The translations under genes and the position numbers were made by a program. This document shows positions 16,669 through 29,519 of a DNA stretch of 34,415 nucleotides, in pieces. The stretch is from a virus (taxonomy: Duplodnaviria; Heunggongvirae; Uroviricota; Caudoviricetes), in the IMG/VR virus record IMGVR_UViG_2740892426_000006. One strand, written 5' to 3'. The notes beneath the pieces were generated by a model. It saw nothing but the letters and a program-made list of their open reading frames with translations. It searched no databases and was not told where the DNA came from. Numbering within the stretch: the first letter of the stretch is position 1; each line of letters opens with the position of its first letter.

Positions 16669-16747
16669 TACCTACAAAGCCCTGCGCGACAAAAATGCCA
16701 GAGAACTATACCTACAAAGCCCTGCGCGACAAAAATGCCAGAGAACT
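16669..16747. repeat. 39-bp perfect tandem duplication with 1-nt spacer inside Rz
   Basis: tacctacaaagccctgcgcgacaaaaatgccagagaact occurs at 16669-16707 and 16709-16747, separated by a single a. Confidence 0.9.
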
Positions 16748-16836
16748 GAAGCTGGCGAACGCGGCAATTACTGACATGCAGATGCGTCAGCGTGATGTTG
16801 CTGCGCTCGATGCAAAATACACGAAGGAGTTAGCTG

Positions 16837-17019
16837 ATGCGAAAGCTGAAAATGATGCTTTGCGTGATGATGTTGCCGCTGGTCGTCGTCGGTTGCACAT
16901 CAAAGCAGTCTGTCAGTCAGTGCGTGAAGCCACCACCGCCTCCGGCGTGGATAATGCAGCCTCCCCCCGACTGGCAGACACCGCTGAACGGGATTATTTC
17001 ACCCTCAGAGAGAGGCTGA
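16837..17019 (+). CDS. Rz1: Rz1 o-spanin lipoprotein, embedded in the +1 frame of Rz
   Basis: 60 aa with lipobox LVVVGC and a PPPPP tract; near-identical to lambda Rz1 from memory. Confidence 0.85.
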   Translation: MRKLKMMLCVMMLPLVVVGCTSKQSVSQCVKPPPPPAWIMQPPPDWQTPLNGIISPSERG

Positions 17020-17109
17020 TCACTATGCAAAAACAACTGGAAGGAACCCAGAAGTATATTAATGAGCAGTGCAGATAGAGTTGCTCATATCGATGGGCAA
17101 CTCATGCAA

Positions 17110-17403
17110 TTATTTTGAGCAATACACCCGCGCTTCCTGCGGAGTATAAATGCCAAAAGTGATGAAACCGAGCAATCCATTTACGAATGTTTGCTGGGTT
17201 TCTGTTTTAACCACATTTTCTGCACCACCACAAATTTTTGCTGCATCGACAGTTTTCTTCTGCCCAATTCCCGAAACGAAGAAATGATGGGTGATGGTTT
17301 CCTTTGGTGTTACTGCTGTAGGTTTGTTTCCAACAGTAAACGTCTGTTGAGCACATCCTGTAATAAGCATTGCCAGAGCGGCAGAAAACAACATTTTTTT
17401 CAT
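17110..17403 (-). CDS. bor: Bor lipoprotein (serum-resistance protein)
   Basis: 97 aa from MKKML with lipobox LITGC; near-identical to lambda Bor from memory. Confidence 0.85.
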   Translation of the reverse strand: MKKMLFSAALAMLITGCAQQTFTVGNKPTAVTPKETITHHFFVSGIGQKKTVDAAKICGGAENVVKTETQQTFVNGLLGFITFGIYTPQEARVYCSK

Positions 17404-17883
17404 CTTATTATCCTGCATTGTTAAAAACGGCAGAATCCTATGTGACAACAATTAAACGATAGTTAAATGGATTGATGAAAATTAAAACTACACAGGTGAG
17501 CTCAGACGATTGGAGGGAGTTGGGGACACTCAGAATCCTGTGGAATGAAATAAACCGGTCTATCCGTCCATTACCCTTTTAGCTGCGCTGTATCGTCGCC
17601 GTATTCCCGCATTAACCATGACCGTAGCCCGACGGGGAATTCCTTCTGCGTGAGTGTGCGGGAATAATTAAAAACGATGCACACCGGGTTTTTACCGCGT
17701 TAATGATTCGCGGATTTATCCCGGTGCGATGGTGGAAGAAACCGGAAGCTGTATTACAGAAAGTGCTACTACTGTATCCCGATGCGATGTATGTAATGTG
17801 AGTCAGATAATGGCACAGGATGTGGTGATGTGGCAGTCTGGAACACAGGATATATTGTCAGAATAAGACCCGTAGGAATAAAA

Positions 17884-18210
17884 ATGAAAAGACGCCTTTT
17901 ACTACTTTTTCTGTTATCTGTCCTAGCAGTGGGATGCTCGCAGCAAAAAGCTGATGAGCCCCGGCAATTAGTGACGGTGTATCCACGATATCCGGAATAT
18001 GCTGCAGCAAATTATATCAAGGGGCTGGTTGAGGTTAAGTTCGATATTGGTGCTGATGGGACTGTGACACGGATCGTTTTTCTCCGCTCAGAGCCTCATA
18101 ATTTGTTTCGTGATGAAGTGGTGAAGGCCATGGCGAAATGGCGATTTGAAAAGAATCGTCCCTGTCAGGGAGTGAAGAGACAATTTATCTTTACGCCGTC
18201 ACGTCCCTGA
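17884..18210 (+). CDS. lipoprotein with TonB C-terminal-like domain
   Basis: Signal peptide with lipobox LAVGC; the segment YPEYAAANYIKGLVEVKFDIGADGTVTRIVFL...AMAKWRF fits a TonB C-terminal fold pattern. Confidence 0.55.
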   Translation: MKRRLLLLFLLSVLAVGCSQQKADEPRQLVTVYPRYPEYAAANYIKGLVEVKFDIGADGTVTRIVFLRSEPHNLFRDEVVKAMAKWRFEKNRPCQGVKRQFIFTPSRP

Positions 18211-18332
18211 TGCTTCCAGGTAGAGAGGGGCTGGAAGCAGGAGAAAAATGAAAGAGCCAGCGGTTATATTTTTGTCATGGCTGACGAGGAATGATGGAAG
18301 AAGGCGTTGTATGCCACACAACGCCTCACTGT

Positions 18333-18512
18333 TCATTTCTTCTTTTTCTCTAGTGGAACCCGATGAATAAGAGTTGCACTGGTTTCCGATGAGATGGCGA
18401 TATACTCGGGCAAAGTATGCTGGCAGTTTTCCAACTGGTCAAAAATACCTGCTCTCGTCTGTTGCAATGCCTGCAGCATGCGGCGGCAATGCGCCTTGCT
18501 TTTGCTAACCAT
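18333..18512 (-). CDS. small hypothetical protein, 59 aa
   Basis: ATG preceded by GAGGAAGG; the longer track ORF upstream is P/S/H-rich low complexity. Confidence 0.3.
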   Translation of the reverse strand: MVSKSKAHCRRMLQALQQTRAGIFDQLENCQHTLPEYIAISSETSATLIHRVPLEKKKK

Positions 18513-18573
18513 CTTTCCTTCCTCTATCAGTCGCTGCGTGAACTCATCATGGAATACCAAGTAAATGCGGATG

Positions 18574-18825
18574 TTATCGGTTTTGGCTACGCAGCATAGT
18601 ACAAAACGGACAGGTGCATCCCGGGACGGGGGAGGCGTCACATGTCCCTGTGATGGTTGTTCCGGGTAATGCACTGTGTGGGGCATAAAAATGTCCGATA
18701 ATTTTACTTTCTACCGCAGTTAGTTGATTCGTTGGTCCTGGTAGCACATTGGGCGAGGATTTAAATGCCAGGCAACTGAAGGATGATGTTGCAAGGGAGA
18801 TAGCGAGAATATTTCTGATTTTCAT
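18574..18825 (-). CDS. small secreted cysteine-rich protein, 83 aa
   Basis: N-terminal signal peptide MKIRNILAISLATSSFSCLA; mature part ends in CDASPVPGCTCPFC. Confidence 0.4.
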   Translation of the reverse strand: MKIRNILAISLATSSFSCLAFKSSPNVLPGPTNQLTAVESKIIGHFYAPHSALPGTTITGTCDASPVPGCTCPFCTMLRSQNR

Positions 18826-18974
18826 TTGATGATGCCTCTGTGTGAAATGACGGTAAACGACGCACTTGTGCCGGCACATAATAGCAAGCACCATAATAGA
18901 TCAGATTCGATTCTTGCTGTAAGTGATAATTATTCTCGTTTTTCGGGTCCTTTCCGGCGATCCAACAGGCTACG

Positions 18975-19163
18975 GGGCGGCGACCTCGCGGGTTTTCGCT
19001 ATTTATGAAAATTTTCCGGTTTAAGGCGTTTCCGTTCTTCTTCGTCGTAACTTAATGTTTCTATTTAAAATACCCCCTGAAAAGAAAGGAAACGACAGGT
19101 GCTGAAAACGAACTTTTGGGCCTTTGTCGTTTCCTTTCTCTGTTTTTGGCCGTGGAATGAACA
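18975..19163. other. cos: cos site: cosN cohesive-end sequence GGGCGGCGACCT (18975-18986) followed by cosB
   Basis: Matches the lambda left-end sequence GGGCGGCGACCTCGCGGGTTTTCGCTATTTATGAAAATTTTCCGG... as I recall it; directly upstream of Nu1. Confidence 0.85.
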
Positions 19164-19683
19164 ATGGAAGTCAACAAAAAGCAGCTGGCTGACATTTTCG
19201 GTGCGAGTATCCGTACCATTCAGAACTGGCAGGAACAGGGAATGCCCGTTCTGCGAGGCGGTGGCAAGGGTAATGAGGTGCTTTATGACTCTGCCGCCGT
19301 TATAAAATGGTATGCCGAAAGGGATGCTGAAATTGAGAACGAAAAGCTGCGCCGGGAGGTTGAAGAACTGCGCCAGGCCAGCGAGGCAGATCTCCAGCCA
19401 GGGACTATTGAGTACGAACGCCATCGACTTACGCGTGCGCAGGCCGACGCACAGGAACTGAAGAATGCCAGAGACTCAGCTGAAGTGGTGGAAACCGCAT
19501 TCTGTACTTTCGTGCTGTCGCGGATCGCAGGTGAAATTGCCAGTATTCTCGACGGGATCCCCCTGTCGGTGCAGCGGCGTTTTCCGGAACTGGAAAACCG
19601 ACATGTTGATTTCCTGAAACGGGATATCATCAAAGCCATGAACAAAGCAGCCGCGCTGGATGAACTGATACCGGGGTTGCTGA

Positions 19684-19709
<26 letters not shown>
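19164..19709 (+). CDS. Nu1: terminase small subunit
   Basis: 181 aa starting MEVNKKQLADIFGASIRTIQNWQEQGMPV; lambda Nu1-like. Confidence 0.95.
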
Positions 19710-23390
<3,681 letters not shown>

Positions 23391-23410
<20 letters not shown>

Positions 23411-24710
23411 TCTCCCGCATATTGCCAGCATGGCTTTTAATGAGCCGCTGATGCTTGAACCCGCCTATGCGCGGGTTTTCTTTTGTGCGCTTGCAGGCCA
23501 GCTTGGGATCAGCCGCCTGACGGATGCGGTGTCCGGCGACAGCCTGACTGCCCAGGAGGCACTCGCGACGCTGGCATTATCCGGTGATGATGACGGACCA
23601 CGACAGGCCCGCAGTTATCAGGTCATGAACGGCATCGCCGTGCTGCCGGTGTCCGGCACGCTGGTCAGCCGGACGCGGGCGCTGCAGCCGTACTCGGGGA
23701 TGACCGGTTACAACGGCATTATCGCCCGTCTGCAACAGGCTGCCAGCGATCCGATGGTGGACGGCATTCTGCTCGATATGGACACGCCCGGCGGGATGGT
23801 GGCGGGGGCATTTGACTGCGCTGACATCATCGCCCGTGTGCGTGACATAAAACCGGTATGGGCGCTTGCCAACGACATGAACTGCAGTGCAGGTCAGTTG
23901 CTTGCCAGTGCCGCCTCCCGGCGTCTGGTCACGCAGACCGCCCGGACAGGCTCCATCGGCGTCATGATGGCTCACAGTAATTACGGTGCTGCGCTGGAGA
24001 AACAGGGTGTGGAAATCACGCTGATTTACAGCGGCAGCCATAAGGTGGATGGCAACCCCTACAGCCATCTTCCGGATGACGTCCGGGAGACACTGCAGTA
24101 CCGGATGGACGCAACCCGCCGGATGTTTGCGCAGAAGGTGTCGGCATATACCGGCCTGTCCGTGCAGGCTGTGCTGGATACCGAGGCTGCAGTGTACAGC
24201 GGTCAGGAGGCCATTGATGCCGGACTGGCTGATGAACTTGTTAACAGCACCGATGCGATCACCGTCATGCGTGATGCACTGGATGCACGTAAATCCCGTC
24301 TCTCAGGAGGGCGAATGACCAAAGAGACTCAATCAACAACTGTTTCAGCCACTGCTTCGCAGGCTGACGTTACTGACGTGGTGCCAGCGACGGAGGGCGA
24401 AAACGCCAGCGCGGCGCAGCCGGACGTGAACGCGCAGATCACCGCAGCGGTTGCGGCAGAAAACAGCCGCATTATGGGGATCCTCAACTGTGAGGAGGCT
24501 CACGGACGCGAAGAACAGGCACGCGTGCTGGCAGAAACCCCCGGTATGACCGTGGAAACGGCCCGCCGCATTCTGGCCGCAGCACCACAGAGTGCACAGG
24601 CGCGCAGTGACACTGCGCTGGATCGTCTGATGCAGGGTGCCCCGGCACCGCTGGCTGCAGGTAACCCGGCATCTGATGCCGTTAACGATTTGCTGAACAC
24701 ACCAGTGTAA
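23391..24710 (+). CDS. C: capsid assembly protease C
   Basis: GTG start after GAGGAGAAGA; 439 aa; lambda gpC-like. Confidence 0.9.
24316..24710 (+). CDS. Nu3: scaffolding protein Nu3 (in-frame internal start within C)
   Basis: Internal ATG (MTKETQSTT...) preceded by GGAGGG, same frame and stop as C, as in lambda. Confidence 0.6.
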
Positions 24711-24719
24711 GGGATGTTT

Positions 24720-25052
24720 ATGACGAGCAAAGAAACCTTTACCCATTACCAGCCGCTGGGCAACAGTGACCCGGCTCATACCGCAACCGCGCCCGGCGGA
24801 TTGAGTGCGAAAGCGCCTGCAATGACCCCGCTGATGCTGGACACCGCCACCCGTAAGCTGGTTGCGTGGGATGGCACCACCGACGGTGCTGCCGTTGGCA
24901 TTCTGGCGGTTGCTGCTGACCAGACCAGCACCACGCTGACGTTCTACAAGTCCGGCACGTTCCGTTATGAGGATGTGCTCTGGCCGGAGGCTGCCAGCGA
25001 TGAGACGAAAAAACGGACCGCGTTTGCCGGAACGGCAATCAGCATCGTTTAA
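24720..25052 (+). CDS. D: head decoration protein
   Basis: 110 aa starting [27 protein letters not shown]; lambda gpD-like. Confidence 0.9.
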   Translation: MTSKETFTHYQPLGNSDPAHTATAPGGLSAKAPAMTPLMLDTATRKLVAWDGTTDGAAVGILAVAADQTSTTLTFYKSGTFRYEDVLWPEAASDETKKRTAFAGTAISIV

Positions 25053-25107
25053 CCTTACCCTTCATCACTAAAGGCCGCCTGTGCGGCTTTTTTTACGGGA
25101 TTTTTTT

Positions 25108-26133
25108 ATGTCGATGTACACAACCGCCCAGCTGCTGGCGGCAAATGAGCAGAAATTTAAGTTTGATCCGCTGTTTCTGCGTCTCTTTTTCCGTGAGAGC
25201 TATCCCTTCACCACGGAGAAAGTCTATCTCTCACAAATTCCGGGACTGGTAAACATGGCGCTGTACGTTTCGCCGATTGTTTCCGGTGAGGTTATCCGCT
25301 CCCGTGGCGGCTCCACCTCTGAATTTACGCCGGGATATGTCAAACCCAAGCATGAAGTGAATCCGCAGATGACCCTGCGTCGCCTGCCGGATGAAGATCC
25401 ACAGAATCTGGCGGACCCGGCTTACCGCCGCCGTCGCATCATCCTGCAGAACATGCGAGACGAAGAGCTGGCCATTGCTCAGGTCGAAGAGATGCAGGCA
25501 GTTTCTGCCGTGCTTAAGGGCAAATACACCATGACCGGTGAAGCCTTCGATCCGGTTGAAGTGGATATGGGCCGCAGTGTGGCGAACAACATCACGCAGT
25601 CCGGCGGTACGGAGTGGAGCAAGCGTGACAAGTCCACGTATGACCCGACCGACGATATCGAAGCCTACGCGCTGAACGCCAGCGGTGTGGTGAATATCAT
25701 CGTGTTTGATCCGAAAGGCTGGGCGCTGTTCCGTTCCTTCAAAGCCGTCAAGGAGAAGCTGGATACCCGTCGCGGCTCTCATTCCGAGCTGGAGACAGCG
25801 GTAAAAGACCTGGGCGAAGCGGTGTCCTATAAGGGGATGTATGGCGATACGGCGATCGTCGTGTATTCCGGACAGTACGTGGAAAACGACGTCAAAAAGA
25901 ACTTCCTTCCGGACAACACGATGGTGCTGGGGAACACTCAGGCACGCGGTCTGCGCACCTATGGCTGCATTCAGGATGCGGACGCACAGCGCGAAGGTAT
26001 TAACGCCTCTGCCCGCTACCCGAAAAACTGGGTGACCACCGGCGATCCGGCGCGTGAGTTCACCATGATTCAGTCAGCACCGCTGATGCTGCTGGCTGAC
26101 CCTGATGCGTTCGTGTCCGTACAACTGGCGTAA
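25108..26133 (+). CDS. E: major capsid protein
   Basis: 341 aa starting MSMYTTAQLLAANEQKFKFDPLFLRLFFRESYPF; lambda gpE-like. Confidence 0.95.
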   Translation: MSMYTTAQLLAANEQKFKFDPLFLRLFFRESYPFTTEKVYLSQIPGLVNMALYVSPIVSGEVIRSRGGSTSEFTPGYVKPKHEVNPQMTLRRLPDEDPQNLADPAYRRRRIILQNMRDEELAIAQVEEMQAVSAVLKGKYTMTGEAFDPVEVDMGRSVANNITQSGGTEWSKRDKSTYDPTDDIEAYALNASGVVNIIVFDPKGWALFRSFKAVKEKLDTRRGSHSELETAVKDLGEAVSYKGMYGDTAIVVYSGQYVENDVKKNFLPDNTMVLGNTQARGLRTYGCIQDADAQREGINASARYPKNWVTTGDPAREFTMIQSAPLMLLADPDAFVSVQLA

Positions 26134-26174
26134 TCATGGCCCTTCGGGGCCATTTTCTCTCTGTGGAGGAGTCC

Positions 26175-26570
26175 ATGACGAAAGATGAACTGATTGCCCG
26201 TCTTCAGGTGCTGGGTGAGCAACTGAACCGTGATGTCAGCCTGACGGGGACGAAAGAAGAACTGGCACTCCGTGTGGCAGAGCTGGAAGAGGAGCTTGAT
26301 GACACGGATGACGCTGCCGGTCAGGACACATCTGTCAGACCGGAAAATGCGCTGACCGGACATGAAAATGAGGTTGTATCAGCGCAGCCGGATACCGTGA
26401 CTGATACGGCTGATCTGGTCACGGTTGTGGCACTGGTGACGCTGCATACTGATGCACTTCACGCCACGCGGGATGAGGCTGTGGCATTTGTGCTGCCGGG
26501 AACGGCGTTCCGTGTCTCTGCCGGTGTGGCAGCTGAAATGACAGAGCGCGGCCTGGCCAGAATGCAATAA
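26175..26570 (+). CDS. FI: DNA-packaging protein FI
   Basis: Start at MTKDELIARLQ; lambda FI-like. Confidence 0.85.
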   Translation: MTKDELIARLQVLGEQLNRDVSLTGTKEELALRVAELEEELDDTDDAAGQDTSVRPENALTGHENEVVSAQPDTVTDTADLVTVVALVTLHTDALHATRDEAVAFVLPGTAFRVSAGVAAEMTERGLARMQ

Positions 26571-26581
26571 CGGGAGGCGCT

Positions 26582-26956
26582 GTGGCTGATTTCGATAACC
26601 TGTTCGATGCTGCCATTGCCTGCGCCGATGAAACGATACGCGGGTACATGGGAACGTCAGCCACCATGACATCCGGTGAGCAGTCCGGTGCTGTGATACG
26701 TGGTGTTTTTGATGACCCTGAAAATATCAGCTATGCCGGACAGGGCGTGCGCGTTGAAGGCTCCAGCCCGTCCCTGTTTGTCCGGACTGATGATGTGCGG
26801 CAGCTGCGGCGCGGCGACACGCTGACCATCGGTGAGGAAAACTTCTGGATAGACCGGATTTCGCCGGATGATGGCGGAAGCTGTCATCTCTGGCTTGGGC
26901 GGGGCGTACCGCCTGCCGTTAACCGTCGCCGCTGGAAGGGGGATGTATGGCCATAA
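26582..26956 (+). CDS. FII: head completion protein FII
   Basis: GTG start after GGGAGG; MADFDNLFDAAIA...; lambda FII-like. Confidence 0.85.
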   Translation: MADFDNLFDAAIACADETIRGYMGTSATMTSGEQSGAVIRGVFDDPENISYAGQGVRVEGSSPSLFVRTDDVRQLRRGDTLTIGEENFWIDRISPDDGGSCHLWLGRGVPPAVNRRRWKGDVWP

Positions 26957-27525
26957 AAGGTCTTGAGCAGGCCGTTGAAAACCTCAGCCGTATCAGCAGA
27001 ACGGCGGTGCCCGGTGCCGCCGCAATGGCCATTAACCGCGTTGCTTCATCCGCGATATCGCAGTCGGTGTCACAGGTTGCCCGTGAGACAAAGGTACGCC
27101 GGAAACTGGTAAAGGAAAGGGCCAGGCTGAAAAGGGCCACGGTCAAAAATCCGCAGGCCAGAATCAAGGTTAACCGGGGGGATTTGCCCGTAATCAGGCT
27201 GGGTAATGCGCGGGTTGTCCTTTCGCGCCGCAGGCGTCGTAAAAAGGGGCAGCGTTCATCCCTGAAAGGTGGCGGCAGCGTGCTTGTGGTGGGTAACCGT
27301 CGTATTCCCGGCGCGTTTATTCAGCAACTGAAAAATGGCCGGTGGCATGTTATGCAGCGTGTGGCCGGGAAAAACCGTTACCCCATTGATGTGGTGAAAA
27401 TCCCGATGGCGGTGCCGCTTACCACGGCGTTTAAACAGAATATTGAACGGATACGGCGTGAACGTCTTCCGAAAGAGCTGGGCTATGCGCTGCAGCATCA
27501 ACTGAGAATGGTAATAAAGCGATGA
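26947..27525 (+). CDS. Z: tail completion protein Z
   Basis: 192 aa; lambda gpZ-like. Confidence 0.9.
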   Translation: MAIKGLEQAVENLSRISRTAVPGAAAMAINRVASSAISQSVSQVARETKVRRKLVKERARLKRATVKNPQARIKVNRGDLPVIRLGNARVVLSRRRRRKKGQRSSLKGGGSVLVVGNRRIPGAFIQQLKNGRWHVMQRVAGKNRYPIDVVKIPMAVPLTTAFKQNIERIRRERLPKELGYALQHQLRMVIKR

Positions 27526-27917
27526 AACATACTGAACTCCGTGCAGCCGTACTGGATGCACTGGAGAAGCATGACACCGGGGCGACGCTTTTTGATGGTC
27601 GCCCCGCTGTTTTTGATGAGGCGGATTTTCCGGCAATTGCCGTTTATCTCACCGGCGCTGAATACACGGGCGAAGAGCTGGACAGTGATACCTGGCAGGC
27701 GGAGCTGCATATTGAAGTTTTCCTGCCTGCTCAGGTGCCGGATTCAGAGCTGGATTCGTGGATGGAGTCCCGGATTTATCCGGTGATGAGCGATGTCCCG
27801 GCACTGTCAGATTTGATCACCAGTATGGTGGCCAGTGGCTATGACTACCGGCGCGACGATGATGCGGGCCTGTGGAGTTCAGCCGATCTGACTTATGTCA
27901 TTACCTATGAAATGTGA
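27522..27917 (+). CDS. U: tail terminator protein U
   Basis: 131 aa; ATGA coupling; lambda gpU-like. Confidence 0.9.
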   Translation: MKHTELRAAVLDALEKHDTGATLFDGRPAVFDEADFPAIAVYLTGAEYTGEELDSDTWQAELHIEVFLPAQVPDSELDSWMESRIYPVMSDVPALSDLITSMVASGYDYRRDDDAGLWSSADLTYVITYEM

Positions 27918-27924
27918 GGACGAT

Positions 27925-28665
27925 ATGCCTGTACCAAATCCAGTAATGCCGGTGAAAGGGGCCGGGACCACACTGTGGGTTTATAAGGGGAACGGTGACC
28001 CTTATGCGAACCCGCTTTCAGACGTTGACTGGTCGCGTCTGGCTAAAGTTAAAGACCTGACGCCCGGCGAACTGACCGCTGAGTCCTATGACGACAGCTA
28101 TCTCGATGATGAAGATGCGGACTGGACTGCGACCGGGCAGGGGCAGAAATCTGCCGGAGATACCAGCTTCACGCTGGCGTGGATGCCCGGAGAGCAGGGG
28201 CAGCAGGCGCTGCTGGCGTGGTTTAATGAAGGGGATACCCGTGCCTATAAAATCCGCTTCCCGAACGGCACGGTCGATGTGTTCCGCGGCTGGGTCAGCA
28301 GTATCGGTAAGGCGGTGACGGCGAAGGAAGTGATCACCCGCACGGTGAAAGTCACCAACGTGGGACGTCCGTCGATGGCAGAAGATCGCAGCACGGTAAC
28401 AGCGGCAACCGGCATGACCGTGACGCCTGCCAGCACTTCGGTGGTGAAAGGGCAGAGCACCACGCTGACCGTGGCATTCCAGCCGGAAGGCGCAACCGAC
28501 AAGAGCTTCCGTGCGGTGTCTGCGGATAAAACAAAAGCCACCGTGTCGGTCAGTGGTATGACCATCACCGTGAAAGGTGTTGCTGCAGGCAAGGTCAACA
28601 TTCCGGTTGTATCCGGTAATGGTGAACTTGCTGTGGTTGCAGAAATCACCGTCACCGACAGTTAA
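27925..28665 (+). CDS. V: major tail tube protein V
   Basis: 246 aa from MPVPNP with a C-terminal Ig-like region; lambda gpV-like. Confidence 0.9.
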   Translation: MPVPNPVMPVKGAGTTLWVYKGNGDPYANPLSDVDWSRLAKVKDLTPGELTAESYDDSYLDDEDADWTATGQGQKSAGDTSFTLAWMPGEQGQQALLAWFNEGDTRAYKIRFPNGTVDVFRGWVSSIGKAVTAKEVITRTVKVTNVGRPSMAEDRSTVTAATGMTVTPASTSVVKGQSTTLTVAFQPEGATDKSFRAVSADKTKATVSVSGMTITVKGVAAGKVNIPVVSGNGELAVVAEITVTDS

Positions 28666-28680
28666 TCCGGAGAGTCAGCG

Positions 28681-29103
28681 ATGTTCCTGAAAACCGAATC
28701 ATTTGAATATAACGGTGTGAGCGTCACGCTTTCTGAACTGTCAGCCCTGCAGCGAATTGAGCATCTCGCCCTGCTGAAACGACAGGCAGAACAGGCGGGA
28801 TCCAGTCTCAATCGACAGGTGAGCGTGGAAGATCTCGTCAGAACCGGTGCTTTTCTGGTGGCGATGTCCCTGTGGCATAGCCATCCGCAGAAGACAAAGA
28901 TGCCGTCCATGAATGAAGCCGTTAAACAAATTGAGCAGGAAGTGCTTACCACCTGGCCCACAGAGGCAATTGCTCAGGCTGAAAATGTGGTAATGCGTCT
29001 GTCCGGTATGTCTGAGTTTGTTGTGAATGATGCACCTGAACAGGCAGATGACGCCGGGCCAGCAGAGCCTGTTTCTGCGGGAAAGTGTTCGACGGTGAGC
29101 TGA
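28681..29103 (+). CDS. G: tail assembly chaperone G
   Basis: 140 aa; lambda gpG-like. Confidence 0.9.
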   Translation: MFLKTESFEYNGVSVTLSELSALQRIEHLALLKRQAEQAGSSLNRQVSVEDLVRTGAFLVAMSLWHSHPQKTKMPSMNEAVKQIEQEVLTTWPTEAIAQAENVVMRLSGMSEFVVNDAPEQADDAGPAEPVSAGKCSTVS

Positions 29104-29519
29104 GTTTTGCCCTGAAACTGGCGCGTGAGATGGGGCGACCCGACTGGCGCGCCATGCTTGCCGGGATGTCATCCACGGAGTATGCCGACTGGCACCGCTT
29201 TTACAGTACCCATTATTTTCATGATGTTCTGCTGGATATGCACTTTTCCGGGCTGACGTACACCGTACTCAGCCTGTTTTTCAGCGATCCGGATATGCAT
29301 CCGCTGGATTTCAGTCTGCTGAACCGGCGCGAGGCTGACGAAGAGCCTGAAGATGATGTGCTGATGCAGAAAGCGGCAGGGCTTGCCGGAGGCGTCCGCT
29401 TTGGCCCGGACGGGAATGAAGTTATCCCCGCTTCCCCGGATGTGGCGGACATGACGGAGGATGACGTAATGCTGATGACAGTATCAGAAGGGATCGCAGG
29501 AGGAGTCCGGTATGGCTGA
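28681..29519 (+). CDS. GT: G-T fusion tail assembly chaperone produced by -1 programmed ribosomal frameshift
   Basis: Slippery heptamer G GGA AAG at 29079-29085 in the G frame; the -1 frame is open to 29519 and encodes a lambda gpT-like sequence (FDGELSFALKLAREMGRPDW...). Confidence 0.75.
29079..29085 (+). promoter_or_regulatory. -1 ribosomal frameshift slippery site (GGGAAAG)
   Basis: X XXY YYZ heptamer in the zero frame of G, 18 nt before the G stop; the canonical lambda G-T site. Confidence 0.7.

Larger units (their letters stand above)
16577..17078 (+). pseudogene. Rz: Rz i-spanin, frameshifted by a 40-bp insertion (39-bp tandem duplication plus 1 nt)
   Basis: The N-terminal piece (TM plus [23 protein letters not shown]) and the C-terminal piece ([23 protein letters not shown]...NEQCR) lie in different frames. 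Apart from the insertion the protein matches lambda Rz as I recall it. Confidence 0.7.
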
